Source: Eremomyces bilateralis CBS 781.70 (taxonomy: Eukaryota). Taken from it: a stretch of DNA of 64,000 nucleotides. Of the stretch, positions 1 through 14,505 are shown piece after piece. Both the position numbers and the translations under genes were made by a program. The first letter of the stretch is position 1. Every line of letters starts with the position of its first letter. The stretch lies in NCBI GenBank assembly GCA_010015585.1, contig ML975164.1. One strand, given 5' to 3'. The notes under the pieces were generated by a model. It was not told the origin of the DNA. It saw nothing but the letters and a program-made list of their open reading frames with translations, and did not search any database.

Positions 1-3000
1 TTCTGTCCTTGTGAGGTTTGTTGGGTGTGTAAGCGCGGATGATTGGGCCCAGCGGCGGAGTTGGAGGTGCCTTGCATGAGGTACATGGGCATGGGGCCGA
101 AGAGCTGGACATCGAGGTTGGCGGGGTCAGGTTTTTGGTCGGGGTCGTCGGATTGCTGCATCGTTTGATTTCGATCCGGGTACTGTTGTTGCTGCGACGG
201 TTGTTGCGGATTCTCCGCGCCGCCTGGATTTCCATTCGCTGTAGGCTGCCCGGTGAAGTTCATATAGTTCGTGTTCGGCGAGTTGAAGTTGTCGCCCATG
301 AAGTCGCCGAACTGGCTCGGGGGCAGAACGCTGAGGTTCTGGCTGGGGTAGGCGAAGGGGTCGCTGGTGGGGAACATCATGGAGGAGAAGTCGGGGAGGG
401 CGGGGTTGGGGGCCTGCGAGGCGTCGGGGGAGAAGGGGGTGCCGGTGTCGGGGAAGGTGCTGGTCATGGGGCTGATTGGGTAGGAGTTGGTGCCCTCTTG
501 GGGGGTGTAGGCGACGCCGGGGGTGTTGAGGGGCGTGCTGGCGGTGGTGTTGGTGGGTTGGGAGGGGACGTTGAAGTTGGATGAGGAGGTGTCGAGGAAG
601 GGGGTTGCGGCGGGGCTGTTGTACATGTTTGGGTTGGGCGCGTGCGGTTTGTCGACGGTGGAATCTTGGAGGTCCGAAAAGTGGGGGAACGTGCTCGCGC
701 GAATGGGTTGCGTGTGGTTGAAGTGCGGTGTCCCGGTATGATTCAGCGCGTCCGCTTCCCCGAGAGCCGATGAGCTGACAGGGCGCTGCGACTCCGCAGC
801 AGTCTTGGGCGATATGTCGTGACGGCGCTTGCGCATCGCACTCGCTTGGCGGCGACCGCGTTTGAGATTTTCCGGCAGATTTTCAAAGAGTCCCTGACGA
901 ACATTAGCGACGAACATGGCCAACCGAATCAACCCGCTACGAACCTTGAGCCCCTGTGAGCACCGATCCGCCGCCATCGACCTCTTCGCCAACGATTCCA
1001 GCGTATCCTTCCCCTGCCGCGCATCCTTCAGCAACTCCCGGCTGTTCCCGCCATCGGGATTCTCCAGCGCATAGAAAATGAGCGAGAGGATCGCAAAGAA
1101 TGTCGTGTACATCTGGAACCAGTACGCGCCGATCAGAAGGTGGCGACGTTTCATTTCGATGGTGATGTGGATGATGTTGCGGGACACGCTGACGCATGCG
1201 GCGGCACAGGCGAAGGATCGTTTGTCGACTACGCCGGACTTGCAGGTGTGGGAGACATAGTGTAAGAACGGTCGGTATAACATCATCTGCGTATGGGCAT
1301 AGGAAAGTCGAAGCGCTTGTTGGAGGCTGTTTTGGGTCAGCATTGAAGAGTGGGAATTGATGGAAAGATAGCATACCGGAGGATACGTTCCGGGGCCTCT
1401 CCGCCCGGTCTTAATCCCATAGGCAGCTGTTCCATCCAGTCCTGCAGATCCGCTTCGATCTCCCGTATGCGGGCAAATGGTACTCGGTATGACTTGACGG
1501 GTGCCCCACCTTGAGTACTCTGCTCACCCTTTAACGGGTAGATATATCTGACTACCTTTCCTAATAGCGTGCAGAGTTTGGTATGTTGATTTCCCGCGGC
1601 GATAACGGATACCGTGCCCTCCGGCATCGGCATGATGCCATTCTCGGTAATATATTCATCGTCGACTTCCACCGGGAGATCTTGATCGACATCTTCGTCG
1701 TTGAGCAGGTGAGGGAGCCCCAACAATGCGCCGACATACATATCCATACGCTGGATCACCGAAAAGACGCGTTTCCTCACTTCGGCTTCGATGGGGTTGA
1801 AGTTCGCTTGGAAGGATCGGTGAAGGCCCATTCGTAAGGCGGAGCGGAGCGCAACGCCGATGAAGGAATAGCAAGTCGACAATTTAGCGGAGGATTGGAG
1901 GAAAAGAATCATGAATAGGATGGCTTGCAAGGACTGTAGGTCTCGGCAGTCCGCGATGTCCAAAAGTTGGCGAGACGCTCGATAGTATTTGAAACTGTTC
2001 TCGTTAGTAAAATCTTTCAACTGTGGACGAAACTTCGTACCCATTGTCTATTGCAAAGTCATAGCCCTTCGAGACCAGTTCCGAGTCCTCATCTCTGGAA
2101 TATAGTGACGCGAACGCCATCACCGCATACAGCAACGGCAGGAACGTATTCTCCTCATTTCCATAACCCGCCGGCTGCGGATCATAAATCTTATCCAGCG
2201 ACTTCACGAAACTCGGCCAATGCACAAACCGCAGCAACGACGTCGCATCATTGACTGCCAAGTCGCACAACGACAGCGCCACCTCCCTCGGCGGGAGATC
2301 CGACAGCGGCATCGGGCTCTCGAGCGGCGAATCGTGGGTCGACTTCGGCGACTCAAACACCTGGCTCATCGGCCGCGGTCGCCGGATGTTTGGCGGGATC
2401 GCTTCGGTACCCAGCCACCCTTTCAGGTGTTCCCGCATCTTCGCCATGAACGAGATACCGGACGAGTCGCCGTGGTAGTCCCAGTGGCCCTGCTCATCCA
2501 GGTCTAGTCGCGCCGCGGCTTTCAGCATCGAGTCGAGCTCAGGTTCCGTGGGTACGGAAGGGGGCGGCGCGTCGGAGGAGTCGGCCGGGGAGAATTGCCG
2601 GGCGTGGCCGTGGACCATGGCGCTGGGCTGGCCTTGTAGCAAGACGTTGTCCAGATTCGGGTCGTTCAGGTCAACGTTGGGAAGAACGACGCGGAGAAGC
2701 GCCTCCGCGCGCTTCAGCTTGGATTCCAGGGCCTCGATGTATTGCGGCGCGGCATTTCTTCTGCGATTCGACGGCTGGTCGTACGTACATTCTATGATAT
2801 ATTAGCAATTGGCGTGCAGCTCGATGCGGAACGGAGGATTACCGTATGAATACACCTGGCAATGCGTGCATGGCTGCTTCCCATCGCATTTAATTTTCTT
2901 TCGGCGACATTCGTCGCATGCTCTTGTGACTCTCCGTCTCTTCTGCAGCGGAATCGCAGGCTTTGCGCCGTCGACATGGTCTACTGTCGGCGATCCCTGA

Positions 3001-3143
3001 GTCGGCGTTTGCGCCTGGGTCGGAGTGTCCGCTCCATCGCCATCTACATGGTAGGGGTGGGATTCCAGCGCATCATCGGCCTCGACCTCTACTTTAAGGT
3101 TTCTATCGTCGTTGGAGGCCGGTGGAGGGGTAGTGCCGTCCAT
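1..3143 (-). CDS. ASG1: Zn2Cys6 fungal transcription factor, Asg1-like; 3' end runs off the window
   Basis: [28 protein letters not shown] zinc cluster and Fungal_trans domain ([14 protein letters not shown]). GT-AG introns 2792-2842, 1995-2040, 1327-1376 and 894-944 join the frames; the frame appears still open at base 1. Confidence 0.85.
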
Positions 3144-5399
3144 AGTGAAGTCATGCAGCAGTCACACGAGCGGTTCTTAGGTGATATCGGCCAAGCGCAA
3201 TGGGCGGGGTATGGGCGGTCAGGAATCGTCCAATTCGAGGCACGAATCCGGTATGGGAGGTACGGGTACCTGAGGAGAAGATGTCTAAACTCTAAGAACG
3301 AGGGATGAGGGAAGCGAGAGCAAGTTGCCGTTGGCTAAGTACTTGCGTAGCGCCCGTTAGAACGACCGATACGGCAGAGGCGGAGGGGACGTGTACAGTA
3401 GCCCGTCCAGGTTTCGTGTCGAGGACGCTGGGAGTTCGGGGCTCGACGATACGACTTGAGGAACTGAGGAAGTTAATTGGTCGAGGGCCGGGACCAGGGT
3501 GAACGGCGATAGATTTAAATCCGAATAGGCGAAGCGGGGGAGCGCGGCGGTGGGATGCAGGGTGGAATTGGGGGCATTTAGCAACTGACAGGCGGGATGG
3601 ATGAGAGGTTGAACAATATGACTCTTCGTGCATTATGAACTCAAATAGAAAAGGAAGAAGATCATAATCATCATCGTCGTTGAGATAGGTGACTGTGTTT
3701 GGGTGTGGGGCAGAGGCAAAAGTGATCTGGAAAAGGATTGGACGAATGATGAGATGATGACTGATGGTGAGCTCTGAGGCCGGGAGGAGGGCCCGCCCGA
3801 GGAGTGTAAAACTTTCCAAGTTAACTTAGGGGGTTCGCTTCTTGTTGGAATAATCCTTAACTTAACCAGGTAATTAATCATCGCCTGATCTGGTTGGTCC
3901 TTTAACCTTTTACATCAATTCGTGCACCTTAAGTCTTAACATTGACAAAGAACGTAGTCAACTTCAAGAGGACATCAAGCCAACCGATCCATTCGCACTC
4001 GAACGGGCTCTACGGATTACCACTTGGCGACTGGCGATGCGGAACGGGGCGATGGGCACTTGTATGGGAGGACTAAGGACTGGGACAGCCAGACTGCGAG
4101 AGGAAGGTACTTAGATTGCTTCGAGAGTGTATCAACGCCCAAGACTGCCTAGTGTATATATCTTCTAAGTAGCCTATTCCCTCTCCATTCAATATATTTC
4201 GATCTAATGACGACATTAGCCATATTAGATGACTAAGCGCCGTCGACGGAGTTCTGATTTGCAGGGATTTTCCCCAAGACTGTCCCCTTTCCTTTTCCCC
4301 TCCATATCAATATTAAATCCCTCAGGATCGTCTTATTCAAGCGATTGGCTGATGGACATGGCACAATTCCGGCTGGATCCTCATTTGGTTAGATTTCGAT
4401 GACGTGCAAGACCCTATACTACTGCTAGTTTGCGATTCAACGTTGAGGTTTGGATGGAGTTTCCTGTTTCCACCGCGAACGCTCGAAGGATGGCATTTGC
4501 TGTTCACATGAGGAGCTCCTTGCCTCATCATGTCCAATGGTGACCGAAGTATCTCATCGGGGCCTCTCAAGACTCCAGTGCCCGAAATCGGGTTGCAGCG
4601 TCCAGAGATCCAATGACGCATACGAGCCCCGTCACACCATCCAAACCAATATACAGCCTGGGTTGATTGGTAATCCTGTCTTCAAACTGTGCAGTCATAA
4701 CCCACACAGCTCCGAAAGCGGATCCGATGGACAGGAACGAGCGCCAAGCATTGGAACGGGTGTCGCCAAGAGAAAGCTTGGCTGTGCTTGTGAAGGTAAA
4801 CAGAACAACTTTAATTTCTACCTAGCGTTCTCTGCAATCTGACGTCGAGTGGTACAGTGATCGGTTGTTGGACGGGCCTTATGGATGTTTCGAACCGATG
4901 CTGATGTAAAACATTTATATAAACAGGCTGAGGGCTGGTATCATCGTTGCCAATCCAAGCACTCTACGTGATATAACGCTCAATTAAGGATTATAAAGAA
5001 GCGGGTGGCGAGAAGAACGCTGAGACGAGGTGGGAAGGGTGGATCATGCAATGCTGTTTGAAGGAAGACCAAAACGTTGACAGGGACGATGCGGGTGGTA
5101 GGAGTATCGTGCCAAAGGCCGTGATGACTAGGACGAGGAGATGCTGGATAAAGCGCTCGGAAAGCAAGGCAAGAGGACAAAGGGTCGGTATACCGCAGAA
5201 GCAGGTTCTCATCGTCCCAATGACGATGCAGACCATCCGAATCTACGGATCCTCGTAAAGCAAAAGTCCAATTCATTGTAATATACAAATCCACGCCCGA
5301 AACATCCCGGAACCCGCTTACTGGTTCATAAGTTTTTATCCACGCAGCGCTATTGTATCGCACGCATCAAACCCCGTCACATCGCCCATCGCCCATCTA

Positions 5400-6904
5400 T
5401 CACTGCCTCTTCTTCACGCCCCCCTTCTTATCCGTCGGCGCACTATACAACCACAGCGCCAAGAACGCCAACCAACCCCCCACCGTCACCCATACGCCCG
5501 CGATCCACGTCCACGCGCCGCTAATCTGCCAGCTGCGCGGCCACTCGTCGTGCGCCATGTGGCGCAGCGTGACCTGGTCCTTCTCGTCGACGGCGGTCAG
5601 GAAGGGGCGCTTGTAGTTGACGCGGAAGCTGAAGATGCCGTGCTGGTCGGGGGTTGTGAAGGCGGCGCCGAAGAGGGTGCTGTTTGCGGTGGTGTCGAGG
5701 GGGGTAAGGGGGAGACGGTGGAAGGGGGAGAGCATGGTGAATTCGAGTTGGAGGGCGTCGTTGGAGGGGGGGATGAAGGGGGTCCAGTGGTCGTGGGAGT
5801 ATTCGGAGAGCTCGATGGTGTAGGTCTGGTGGATGTTAGGGTCTCCTTCTGAAATATGCTACGGGCAACTTACCACATCGTTCTTGATCCGATAAATCTT
5901 CGGATTCAGCTCCGACTCCGCAATGGACGCCGGATCCACTCCCTTGTTCGCCCCCTCGTTCAAGTAGTGCTGCAGTTTCCCAACTTTCAGCACGCCCACC
6001 TCCTTAAACGTCCACTCCGTGATCTGCCTCGCGAAATCCCGGTTGACCGCCTTGCTCTTCTTCCCACCCGGCGCCTGCACCTGCGCCTCGAACCACCCAT
6101 CCTCTAACATCTCCGCCGACCCGAGCACCGTCAACCGCGCCGAGTTGCGCGCCTGCAGCCCCGTCGCCAGCGCCATCTGCGACCCGGTCGCGAACAGCTC
6201 CTCGACCGCCTCGCCGTCCTCCTTGGGGTTGTAGCTGTACGACGTGGCTGGAGCCGTCAGAATCGGCGCCAGTAAAGGACTGGCGTTGCCGAGCGTCTGG
6301 CCTACGGCGCGGGGGACGGCGAGGAGTCCGTCGCCACCGAAGTAGTTCTTCGCATCAGGGCGGAGAGGGCCGGGTCGGGGGAGGGTGAGCACATCGTGCT
6401 TGTCAGAGGCGGAGCGCGTGTCGTAGTTGAAGTGGTCGACGACGAGGGCGTTGCGGTCGGGCGGGAGGTGGATGTCGAGTTCGAGGAGCAGGGACACGAT
6501 GCCGGTGGGGGTGGCCGTGTTGGCGGAAAGGGGGAGGAGGATGTTTCCTTCGTTCTTGAGGTACTCCAGAAGGATGGTGGGCGTCAGGTTTGGGCCGTAG
6601 GCCTTTGATTTCGGGGGGAGGAGGATGAGGTGGTCGTAGGCGAGCTCGCCGTGTTTGAATAGGGTGACAGCATCGTTCTTTGGTGATTCGACACTGATTT
6701 GGTATCCTCTCGCTGCATTCCAAGTAAGTTACCAGTGCATCAGAAGGTGTTGGGGGTGTTACATTCGAGGTCACCCAGGAACTGTGAGTATTTCCCTTTC
6801 AACTCCGCGTCCTCCAGGACCACCAACAGTCGCTGGCCACTTGAACTGAGAGCATTTACTGCGGTCGAAAGGGCCAGTAGTGCCCAAGTATATATGGACT
6901 TCAT
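5400..6904 (-). CDS. WBP1: Oligosaccharyltransferase subunit Wbp1/OST48 (multi-exon)
   Basis: Signal peptide MKSIYTWALLALSTAVNA, motifs LQARNSAR, PDQHGIFSFRVNYKRPFLT and RHMAHDEWPRS, C-terminal TM helix and KKxx ER-retrieval end (KKRQ). Confidence 0.93.
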
Positions 6905-7254
6905 GACATATGGATTGACCGAATCCCGTAAACCACGGCTTCTGAATGGATGTGGTTTATATCAATTGTGCTTCCAACTGGAAGCTTGAGGCAACGTGTA
7001 ATATGTGAAGCTCGGACTAGACAGGGGGACTTCGGGGATTCTTCGGCTATATTCTCTCACAGGCAGGCACACCCAGAGCTTCAACTTCACCTCATCCCAC
7101 TGCACCTTCCTCCGCTTTCCAATTGCGACTCCATCCATTGCTGATTGTGAATCAATTGTGTCTCTGTGCTGGGAGTGCGAGGAGCCATCTGGTATATCTC
7201 TCAGGTACGTCCAATTGTCGCTATCATACCAGCGCAGCACCTGATATCGACAGG

Positions 7255-7556
7255 ATGTCTCGACCATTCTTCTGGCACAATCCGCTTAAGCTGATGCGAT
7301 GGGCATCACGCGAGAAGCCCGCCTACTTCTGGGCCATTGCAATCGGCTCCGTCGGTCCGGCCCTGATGGTCGTCGTGCCTCCAATTCGAGCTAGGATGGG
7401 AGATGTTGAGATCGAGCAAATACCACATTCATACCCAGGTACGGAATCAGAATGCCTTGCATTATGCTCGGCAAAAGGTTGATTCTTCTCGATGCTGACT
7501 ATCATACAGTGCCAACAGGGCCAAGGAGGATACCGAAAGGCTACGACGACCCGTGA
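7255..7556 (+). CDS. NADH-ubiquinone oxidoreductase 9.5-kDa subunit (N19M/NDUFA3-like)
   Basis: MSRPFFWHNPLKLMRWASREKPAYFWAIAIG...IPHSYP|VPTGPRRIPKGYDDP*; intron 7439-7509. Confidence 0.88.
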
Positions 7557-7988
7557 TTCGACCGATGCAATGAACCGAATAATGGCGTTTACGGCGACCT
7601 CCCTTTTCGCGCGCGCGACACCTACCGATGTATATAACACCACCTTAACTTAGTGTACGAAGGCTGGGTCGATATCGAAAGGACCTGCCGGCACCAAGGG
7701 GCTTTATGTCATTACATCTGGCATTAGCCATCAATCAAGTGAAATTGATTCGAGGTTTCATTAAAATATCCAATCCTGAAGCCGTCTGGGTCCAAATCAT
7801 GTTTTGTGTTGATATATTGACTATGCGTCCGGCCCCTTCCCAAGGTCTGTTCTCGCCATCCTCCAAGGCGGCAAAACTCGAATCTCGGAATCCAGCAGGT
7901 TGCGATGCTTGAACCATCCGTATGGAAATTTAAGTATGCCCGGCTCAAGTTCAACTGTGCTTTCACCCTCCCTCCCAGCAATGAGCAC

Positions 7989-9435
7989 TCAGGAGTGAAC
8001 CCCCTCCTCATTCTCTAGAATTGATTCGTCCCAAGAAAATCCCTCACACTGCTCCAGGATGACACGAACCCTCTCATCGGCGAGGTCTATGCAGGTAAAG
8101 TGAAGGTACGGCGAGACCACAGAGTCCTTGCCTTCTAGCGGATCACTCTTATCCATGGCTGCCTCGACCTTGTTCAGGATGCTACTATTCTTCAGAATCG
8201 CGCCGAAAAGATCGAGGACCCCGGCCTTGAGGTTCTCCAGCTTGTGATAGATGATCCCGACGGCTTTAGGAGTTACATGGTATCTGCGGGTGAGCCTCTC
8301 GACCTGGTCTCGCGGCAGGAGATTCTCCTCCGGATTGCTCTTCAGCCTGTGGTAAAACTGAAACCCCCCGTCCGGCTCGTCGTTCATCATCATGCGGAGG
8401 ATTGCGCCGTCGACGACAACCTTCTCGTCCCCGATCGCCGCATGCCATGCTACGCGAGCCAAGCGGGCCATTCTGACCTTCGTCAGCCGCCACCACTCCT
8501 CGAACACGCTGAACGCAATCAAGTCGAATCCAATATCCGCCAGATCGTTCTTGTTGTACTTCACTACGAACCCGCTGTTCACGCGTGGCGGCAGCAGCGT
8601 CTTGCGGACGTAGTTCTGCACGTCGGCTTCGACCTCCGCCCGGTAGGACTGGAGATAATCGCAGATGGAAAAGACAGTCCGCAGGACGGGTTCGGGAAAG
8701 GCGTTCGGAGGTAGGGCGTGAAGTTGCGCGATTCGGCCGGCCAGGTGGAGGATGGCTTCTTTCGTGATGGAGATGCTGTAGAGTTGGAGGCCGAGGCGAA
8801 GCCAGTTCACGGGGTCCTTGGCGGCTTCGCGTGCCCACTTCTGTTCGTTCTCGCCTTTCAACGCTTCTTCGACAGCGTATTTCAAGATGCGCGGGCAGCC
8901 GAGCTGGAGCGCCACTGCGAAGATGCCTTGGTCACCGAAGAGGTGGAATTTGAGATAATCGAAACAGGAGTACTCGAATATATTGCTGTCTGTCTGGTCG
9001 TACATCGCCCTGAACACGGCGCGATATGAGTTTTGCAAGTAGCTCTCGGTTTTATTGCCATCGGACGTTTCCTTCGCCATGGCCGCGCTCACTATCTTTC
9101 TGCGCTTCTCACGATCCTAATGGCGTATCAGTTCCCACTCATCAGTACCGCACTGACTAAAAGTTAAGTGAACATACTCGCAGCTGCAGCCATCCAGCCC
9201 GACCTCTTTCATGGAGTTCAAACACATGACGAATGCCATGCTTCCTCTTCTTCTTCGGTGGCCGCGTAGATTCCATGGCTGGGGCATCGAGCAGGCGGCG
9301 GAACTCGGGTGAGTATGCATACACCACGGACTCATCCAGCACGGCGGAAACACCAGGTGAAAGGATTATCTTCAGGTCCCCAGTTGCGGACCAGATTCTG
9401 GACTCGTTTTCTGAGAGGGAGTAGGACGCCGCCAT
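7989..9435 (-). CDS. Hypothetical protein, possibly with a degenerate BTB-like N-terminus
   Basis: Two ORFs joined in frame by GT-AG intron 9117-9177 (branch CTGAT); GDLKIIL start and EAILHLAG motif typical of fungal BTB-like hypotheticals. Confidence 0.65.
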
Positions 9436-9830
9436 GGCCAAGTTTGTGTGCTTAAAGGCCTGTGGGTGGTTTGGTGAAGCGGGCGAGTGACAGGCGATTA
9501 TGAATGGGAAGTGATGATAATGTGCGGTGGAGAGTGGGATGAGGTGAACTATGAGTTGAAACGTGGTCCTGGTGAATGTTCAGTGAGGCGGTCTGACAAG
9601 TGAACTGACTGATCATCTAAAGATCTATCCGTGTGATGTATTATCACGGATCATGTAGCTCTGGAGGTGAATTCCTAGGGCATCTGAGCTCGCAAACAGA
9701 GTGATCGTATGGGACACGAAAGGTAGCATCATACTAGCATCTCCATATCCTACAGGGAGAGCATGGAGATGCTTTCCAACCATACAGGTTCTCGTTTCAA
9801 AAATCAGATACCGCCCCACAGTGAAATCTA

Positions 9831-11621
9831 TTACACTCCTAGCGACTGGCGACAATCCTCATATCCCTTTCGAAACCCTTGCTCATATAACCAAGCAAAT
9901 GGCCCTGCGGTTCCTGTATCTCTGATCCGCTTCAACACCCACATGTCCAGACACCCGATTAAATCTCCACCAGTCGGAGGACCCCTCGACGGGATCTGTC
10001 CATTGGCGCGCATACCAAAGAACACTGTGAGGTCATCAAACCCATGCTCGTAGCCAATGCGATAGCGCCAGTGTTCAAAGGCTTGGCCGGGCGATGTCTG
10101 GCTCCAGTAGGTGACGTGGGAATTGAAGGCGGATTCAAGCTTTCCGTTGCGGTCTACTAAAGCGCGGGATAGGCGAGAATGAACGTCATCATGGGATAGT
10201 TTAAGATTCGCTGGACACGAGATGTTCCCGGCGTCAGTTTGTGAGCGGAATCCCCAGCCTCCGGCCCATTGCATCCAGTCCTGTTACCAGTCAGCATAGC
10301 ACTCCAGTCTGGTTTGGGTTGTGTTAAACGCCCCGTCCCGTAGTCAGGTGCAGGCTGAAGGGGAGGATATACCATTTTATAGGTCCAAAATGTGCATCCA
10401 CCTGACCGCTCCACGTATCGATGCACCTGTGCTCGACCGAATCCGGTCTCAAGATGTTCCCTAGTCTCACCCCCAGACTTACTCCATGTATCTTCATTGA
10501 GGACACAGCTGTACTCGCCCACAAATGCTTGAACAGCCCCACCATCGATAACATTCCCATCTTTACCGTCTAGCGCCCTGAGCTTGTTCGACACGTCTTG
10601 TATAGCGTGCTGAGGACTTCCAGGATCATGAAAAGCCCAGTAGAGATGCGTATCGATGAACACGGGATTCGAGTTTAGGGCCGCAGCAACGTTTTTCCTC
10701 TTGCAGTATTCGATACAAGGAGGTAAATCCCATGCATCAGAGATGTAGATCGGCATCGTCGCATCAATCCTTTGGACTGCTTGGAGGCAGCGGTCATACC
10801 ACTTGTACATCCCCGGGATGTTTCGCTCCGCTTCGTTACACAGCTGGAGACCAATGACGCCTCGCATACCGTTTCGAACCTCCGTGGCAATGAACTCAAA
10901 GCAGCGGATTGACAATTCTAGGTACGCCCGATTTCCCCAGAGCTCCGCTTTCCCGCTATTCGTTCCCGAGTGCTCATTCTCGTTGGCTCCGCCTGGAAGT
11001 CCATGGACGTCGATCAACACACCGATGCCGCTCTCATGGCAGCGAGCAACAGTATTCTTGATAAATGCCCAAGCGCTGGTGTAGACCTGCGCAACGTTTG
11101 CAAAGGGTGTGCCTTTGCAAAACTCGGGTCCTAGATCCCAGAATCCGATCGGTAGACGGATCGTTGCGCCTAATATTGATTAGCATACGGTCCGTAAATA
11201 GTAACGGCTTATCATGAGTACAATGTGCCACGTTGGCCAACCAGTCCAGATCCTCGTCTATCAGTGCAGTCCTCCAGTGATTTTCAAACGCCTGAACAGC
11301 ACCGGACAACCCTTTTTGCTTCAATTGAGCTGTTGCGGCGGCTAGCTCTGCAGTCCCTTCGGCGCCTTCGGGAAACATGGAGCCGGAAAGCCATTTCTCA
11401 AGGACGAAGATGGAGCCGAGATTGGTTCCATATTGATATCGATAACGAAAGCAATCTTCAGCGGTCGGAGGTTGGAGAGGGTTGCAGGAAGTGGATATGG
11501 CTGTCTGACCAGCAGCTGAACCCTCCTGATCTGGCCGAAAGAAGGGTTGCCCGTCCCCTGGTATATGTTTATTTAACTGTTCGGTGATCTTCCCTCGAGC
11601 CTTGTTCAGGAACTTATCCAT
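9831..11621 (-). CDS. Glycoside hydrolase family 5 (exo-1,3-beta-glucanase-like), no signal peptide
   Basis: GTNLGSIFVLEKW, IRLPIGFW, LIDVHGLPGGAN, acid/base LCNEA, DTHLY, nucleophile VGEYS; introns 11170-11221 and 10281-10372. Confidence 0.9.
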
Positions 11622-12568
11622 GATTCAAGATATGCGACAAGAGCGAGTTCTAGAGCAGGAGGACATGAGACGAATCGACTAATAAATGGATGACAGCACA
11701 GTTACAAAGATATGTATACTGTATTCCGTAGGCAATAGTCAATACAAAACAACTCTTGTGGAAATGAGGTTCACGGAGATTTGATGCTTTGGGATAGCGT
11801 CACGGACGATCCAAGGTCACCAGCGACAAGCACCAGTTGAGTTGAACCTGCTGACCATTTATTCCTCTTTAAGGTATGAACTGTCACTACTATCGAAAAT
11901 CATGAAGGATTCGATATCGAAAGTCGAAACATTAGTTATTGGGCCTGTGGGAAATTAAGTTGATCTTGTTTGTGATGTACGTCATCCTTTTTCTGGCCGG
12001 AGATAGCGGAAGATGAAAGGGAAGAGGGTGGAATTCCCAGCCATTTCACTTTGCAACATCTAATAATTACCCCTATCGTAACCGTGGGACTCTCGTTGAA
12101 ACCTACCGTACATTCGAAACGTAGGTATACGAAGTACTTCCACGTTCTTAAACTGATCGAAGGTATTCCGGATTATCGCCAACGTATAATGGTTTAGGAA
12201 CTCTTGTTGAAGCAAGACTCGTGATCAATGGGATGCCAAAGTCTGATCATAATAGTGTCTATCACTATCAAGAAACATACACCTCCTACCGGTATACATA
12301 CAGGTATCGAACAGGGTGACACCGGTATCGCCAGAACTATTTACTTGGGGTACCTTTTACTTTGTACAACCTGAGCGGCGCAAGAGGTGCATATTGTTTC
12401 ATGCAAGCGCCACCACGAGGCTCAGCTCCAAGCCTCCACGATCCAGCCGAGATATCTTTGTTGCCTATCTATATTCAAATCTAAAGCGAGTGTCAAAAGT
12501 TCAGATCTTAATTCGTCTTCCTTCGTTTTTTTTATCGTTTCGTTTGGTGTTGGAGACTTGGTTTGTAC

Positions 12569-14505
12569 ATGATGTATCATCCGCTCCCTGAGTCTATCAA
12601 ACCGCACATGTTCAGCCCTAGAGATGGCCACTGGGTGGTGTCGATACAAGGCCAGACAGCTTTCAAGGAGCGGGGACAAAGGTCAACGGAGGATTCTGGA
12701 GTAACATATGAGAAACGAAATATAGGCGAAAAGGAACTTATCCCGTGGCTTCACGAGGTGTGATGTGCTCTCATCTCCCATATTTCAAACCCAGCAAGCA
12801 TTGACGCCTTTCTCTAGATAAATGTCGAGGGAAATCCTCAGGAAGAAAATGGCCGCACCAAGTGGAATCTCAAAGCCATGTAATTACTGCTTACTCAAGG
12901 CGAGCTGCGGATCTCTGACCTCTGTGAAAGACTCACTGGGCATCGTCTTAATGCCAGCTCTTTCGATGGGACGTTCCCCTTCTCAGGGGAAACCTATATG
13001 GCCATTGCCAAAAAGTTCCAGATCCCAGACCCCTTTCTATCCTTCGTCTGGTCGAATACTATGATCACCACGACATTCACCACTCCAAGCGGAGGACATG
13101 GTACGACATGAATGCAGGCCTTGTAATTGGGGACTGGCACTTCTCATTGAATTTCTACAGCACATACTAATGTCTTCAGGCTATCTAACTAACATCTCAT
13201 CCCACGCGATAGTCATCACCCATGATCCATCCACCCTCACAACCTTTTGCTTCACTGTCGGTATGTGCCAGCACCAAATAAGCAGCATATTGCAGGAGCT
13301 CGAAAAATCCAAGCACCTCGCCGGATGCCCCGAGCTTCTCCCCATCCTATGGCTAGAAACCTTTTTGGCGACCCGAGTTCGGCGATGTCATGGCCGTTCG
13401 TTAGATATCCTCGCCATCCAAAAAGACACAGGGCTGCATTGGAGCATCCCGGCGACCGAAGCGCAGTTTGACAAACTGGACTTGCACCCGCTGACGCATG
13501 GGTTGACGGTGTTAAGGGGTGAGTTGGCGTGGGATGAACATGCGTTGGACTTTTTGAAAGGGCTCGGGGAGAAATTGGCCATCGGGCAGCGAGAACATTC
13601 CTTCGCTCCAAGGGAATTACATACGGCGAGGGCGATACAGGACAACGAGGACCTTCAAAAACGAATCGTAACCGCCCTCGACATGATACAAGGACTCCAC
13701 CGCCGAGGTAGCTACTCCATCCAACAAGTCAAAGTCCTCCTTACCACGGTGTGCAACACCTCTTCCCTCATCTCCCCTCCACCGCTCACTCTCCCAGGTT
13801 CACAACCTCATCAGCCAACGCGACAGCCGCATCGCCGCCCAAACCGCCGAAGCGACCCGACAAGTCGTCTGCGCCCAGCAGCGCGACAGTGCCGCCATGC
13901 GGGCCATCGCCGAGGACTCCAACCAAGTAGCCGCGTTGACGCGACGCGATAGTGCTGATATGCGGGTCATCGCTGGCGTAACCTTATTGTTCTTACCCGC
14001 GACTTTTACCGCCGTGAGTAGCGTCCGACCGACCACTAAAGCATACCGGCTAGCTCACGATGAATAGACGTTCTTCAGCACGGGATTCTTTAATTTCCAG
14101 GGGTCAAGCGTAGGCGGTGGCGGCGCGACCGTTTCTCGATGGCTCTGGCTCTACTGTGTCATCACCATCATGCTCACCATCTTCGTAATGGTAACCTGGC
14201 TGGTCGTCTCGCGCCGCCAACGCGCATCCGAGCGGAAACACCGGACGGCGTTCCAGCTCGCCGAGGAGAAACGGGAGTCATGTTATGACGCCCCGGAAGG
14301 CCGGGGAAATGTGCCGGACGCGGATTTGGAGGTAATGGGTGAGGTGACGGTTACGAGGTTGAGATCTGTGCGACAGGAGGAACTTACGCTAGAGGAGTCT
14401 GCTGGTCCGAGGCTGCGGATTCCGAGTTCGAAGGTCGCGGTTAAGGGGGTGACGGGCGATGGGGATACATGTGCGTGTTGTGCCAGTCCTCTGTCTGACG
14501 AATAG
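12569..14505 (+). CDS. Fungal CorA-like protein with a C-terminal 2-TM hairpin (multi-exon; start and some boundaries approximate)
   Basis: TRRDSADMRVIAGVTLLFLPATFTA|TFFSTGFFNF...WLWLYCVITIMLT is the typical fungal CorA-like tail; several GT-AG introns. Confidence 0.65.

Noticed and set aside
3292..5363. Several 60-175-aa ORFs between ASG1 and WBP1
   Set aside because: Low coding character; consistent with the ASG1 leader/promoter and WBP1 3' region.
9511..9596. GTGATGA...CTGA pair resembling a C/D-box snoRNA
   Set aside because: No terminal stem or recognisable rRNA guide; antisense to the leader of the 9435 gene, probably chance.
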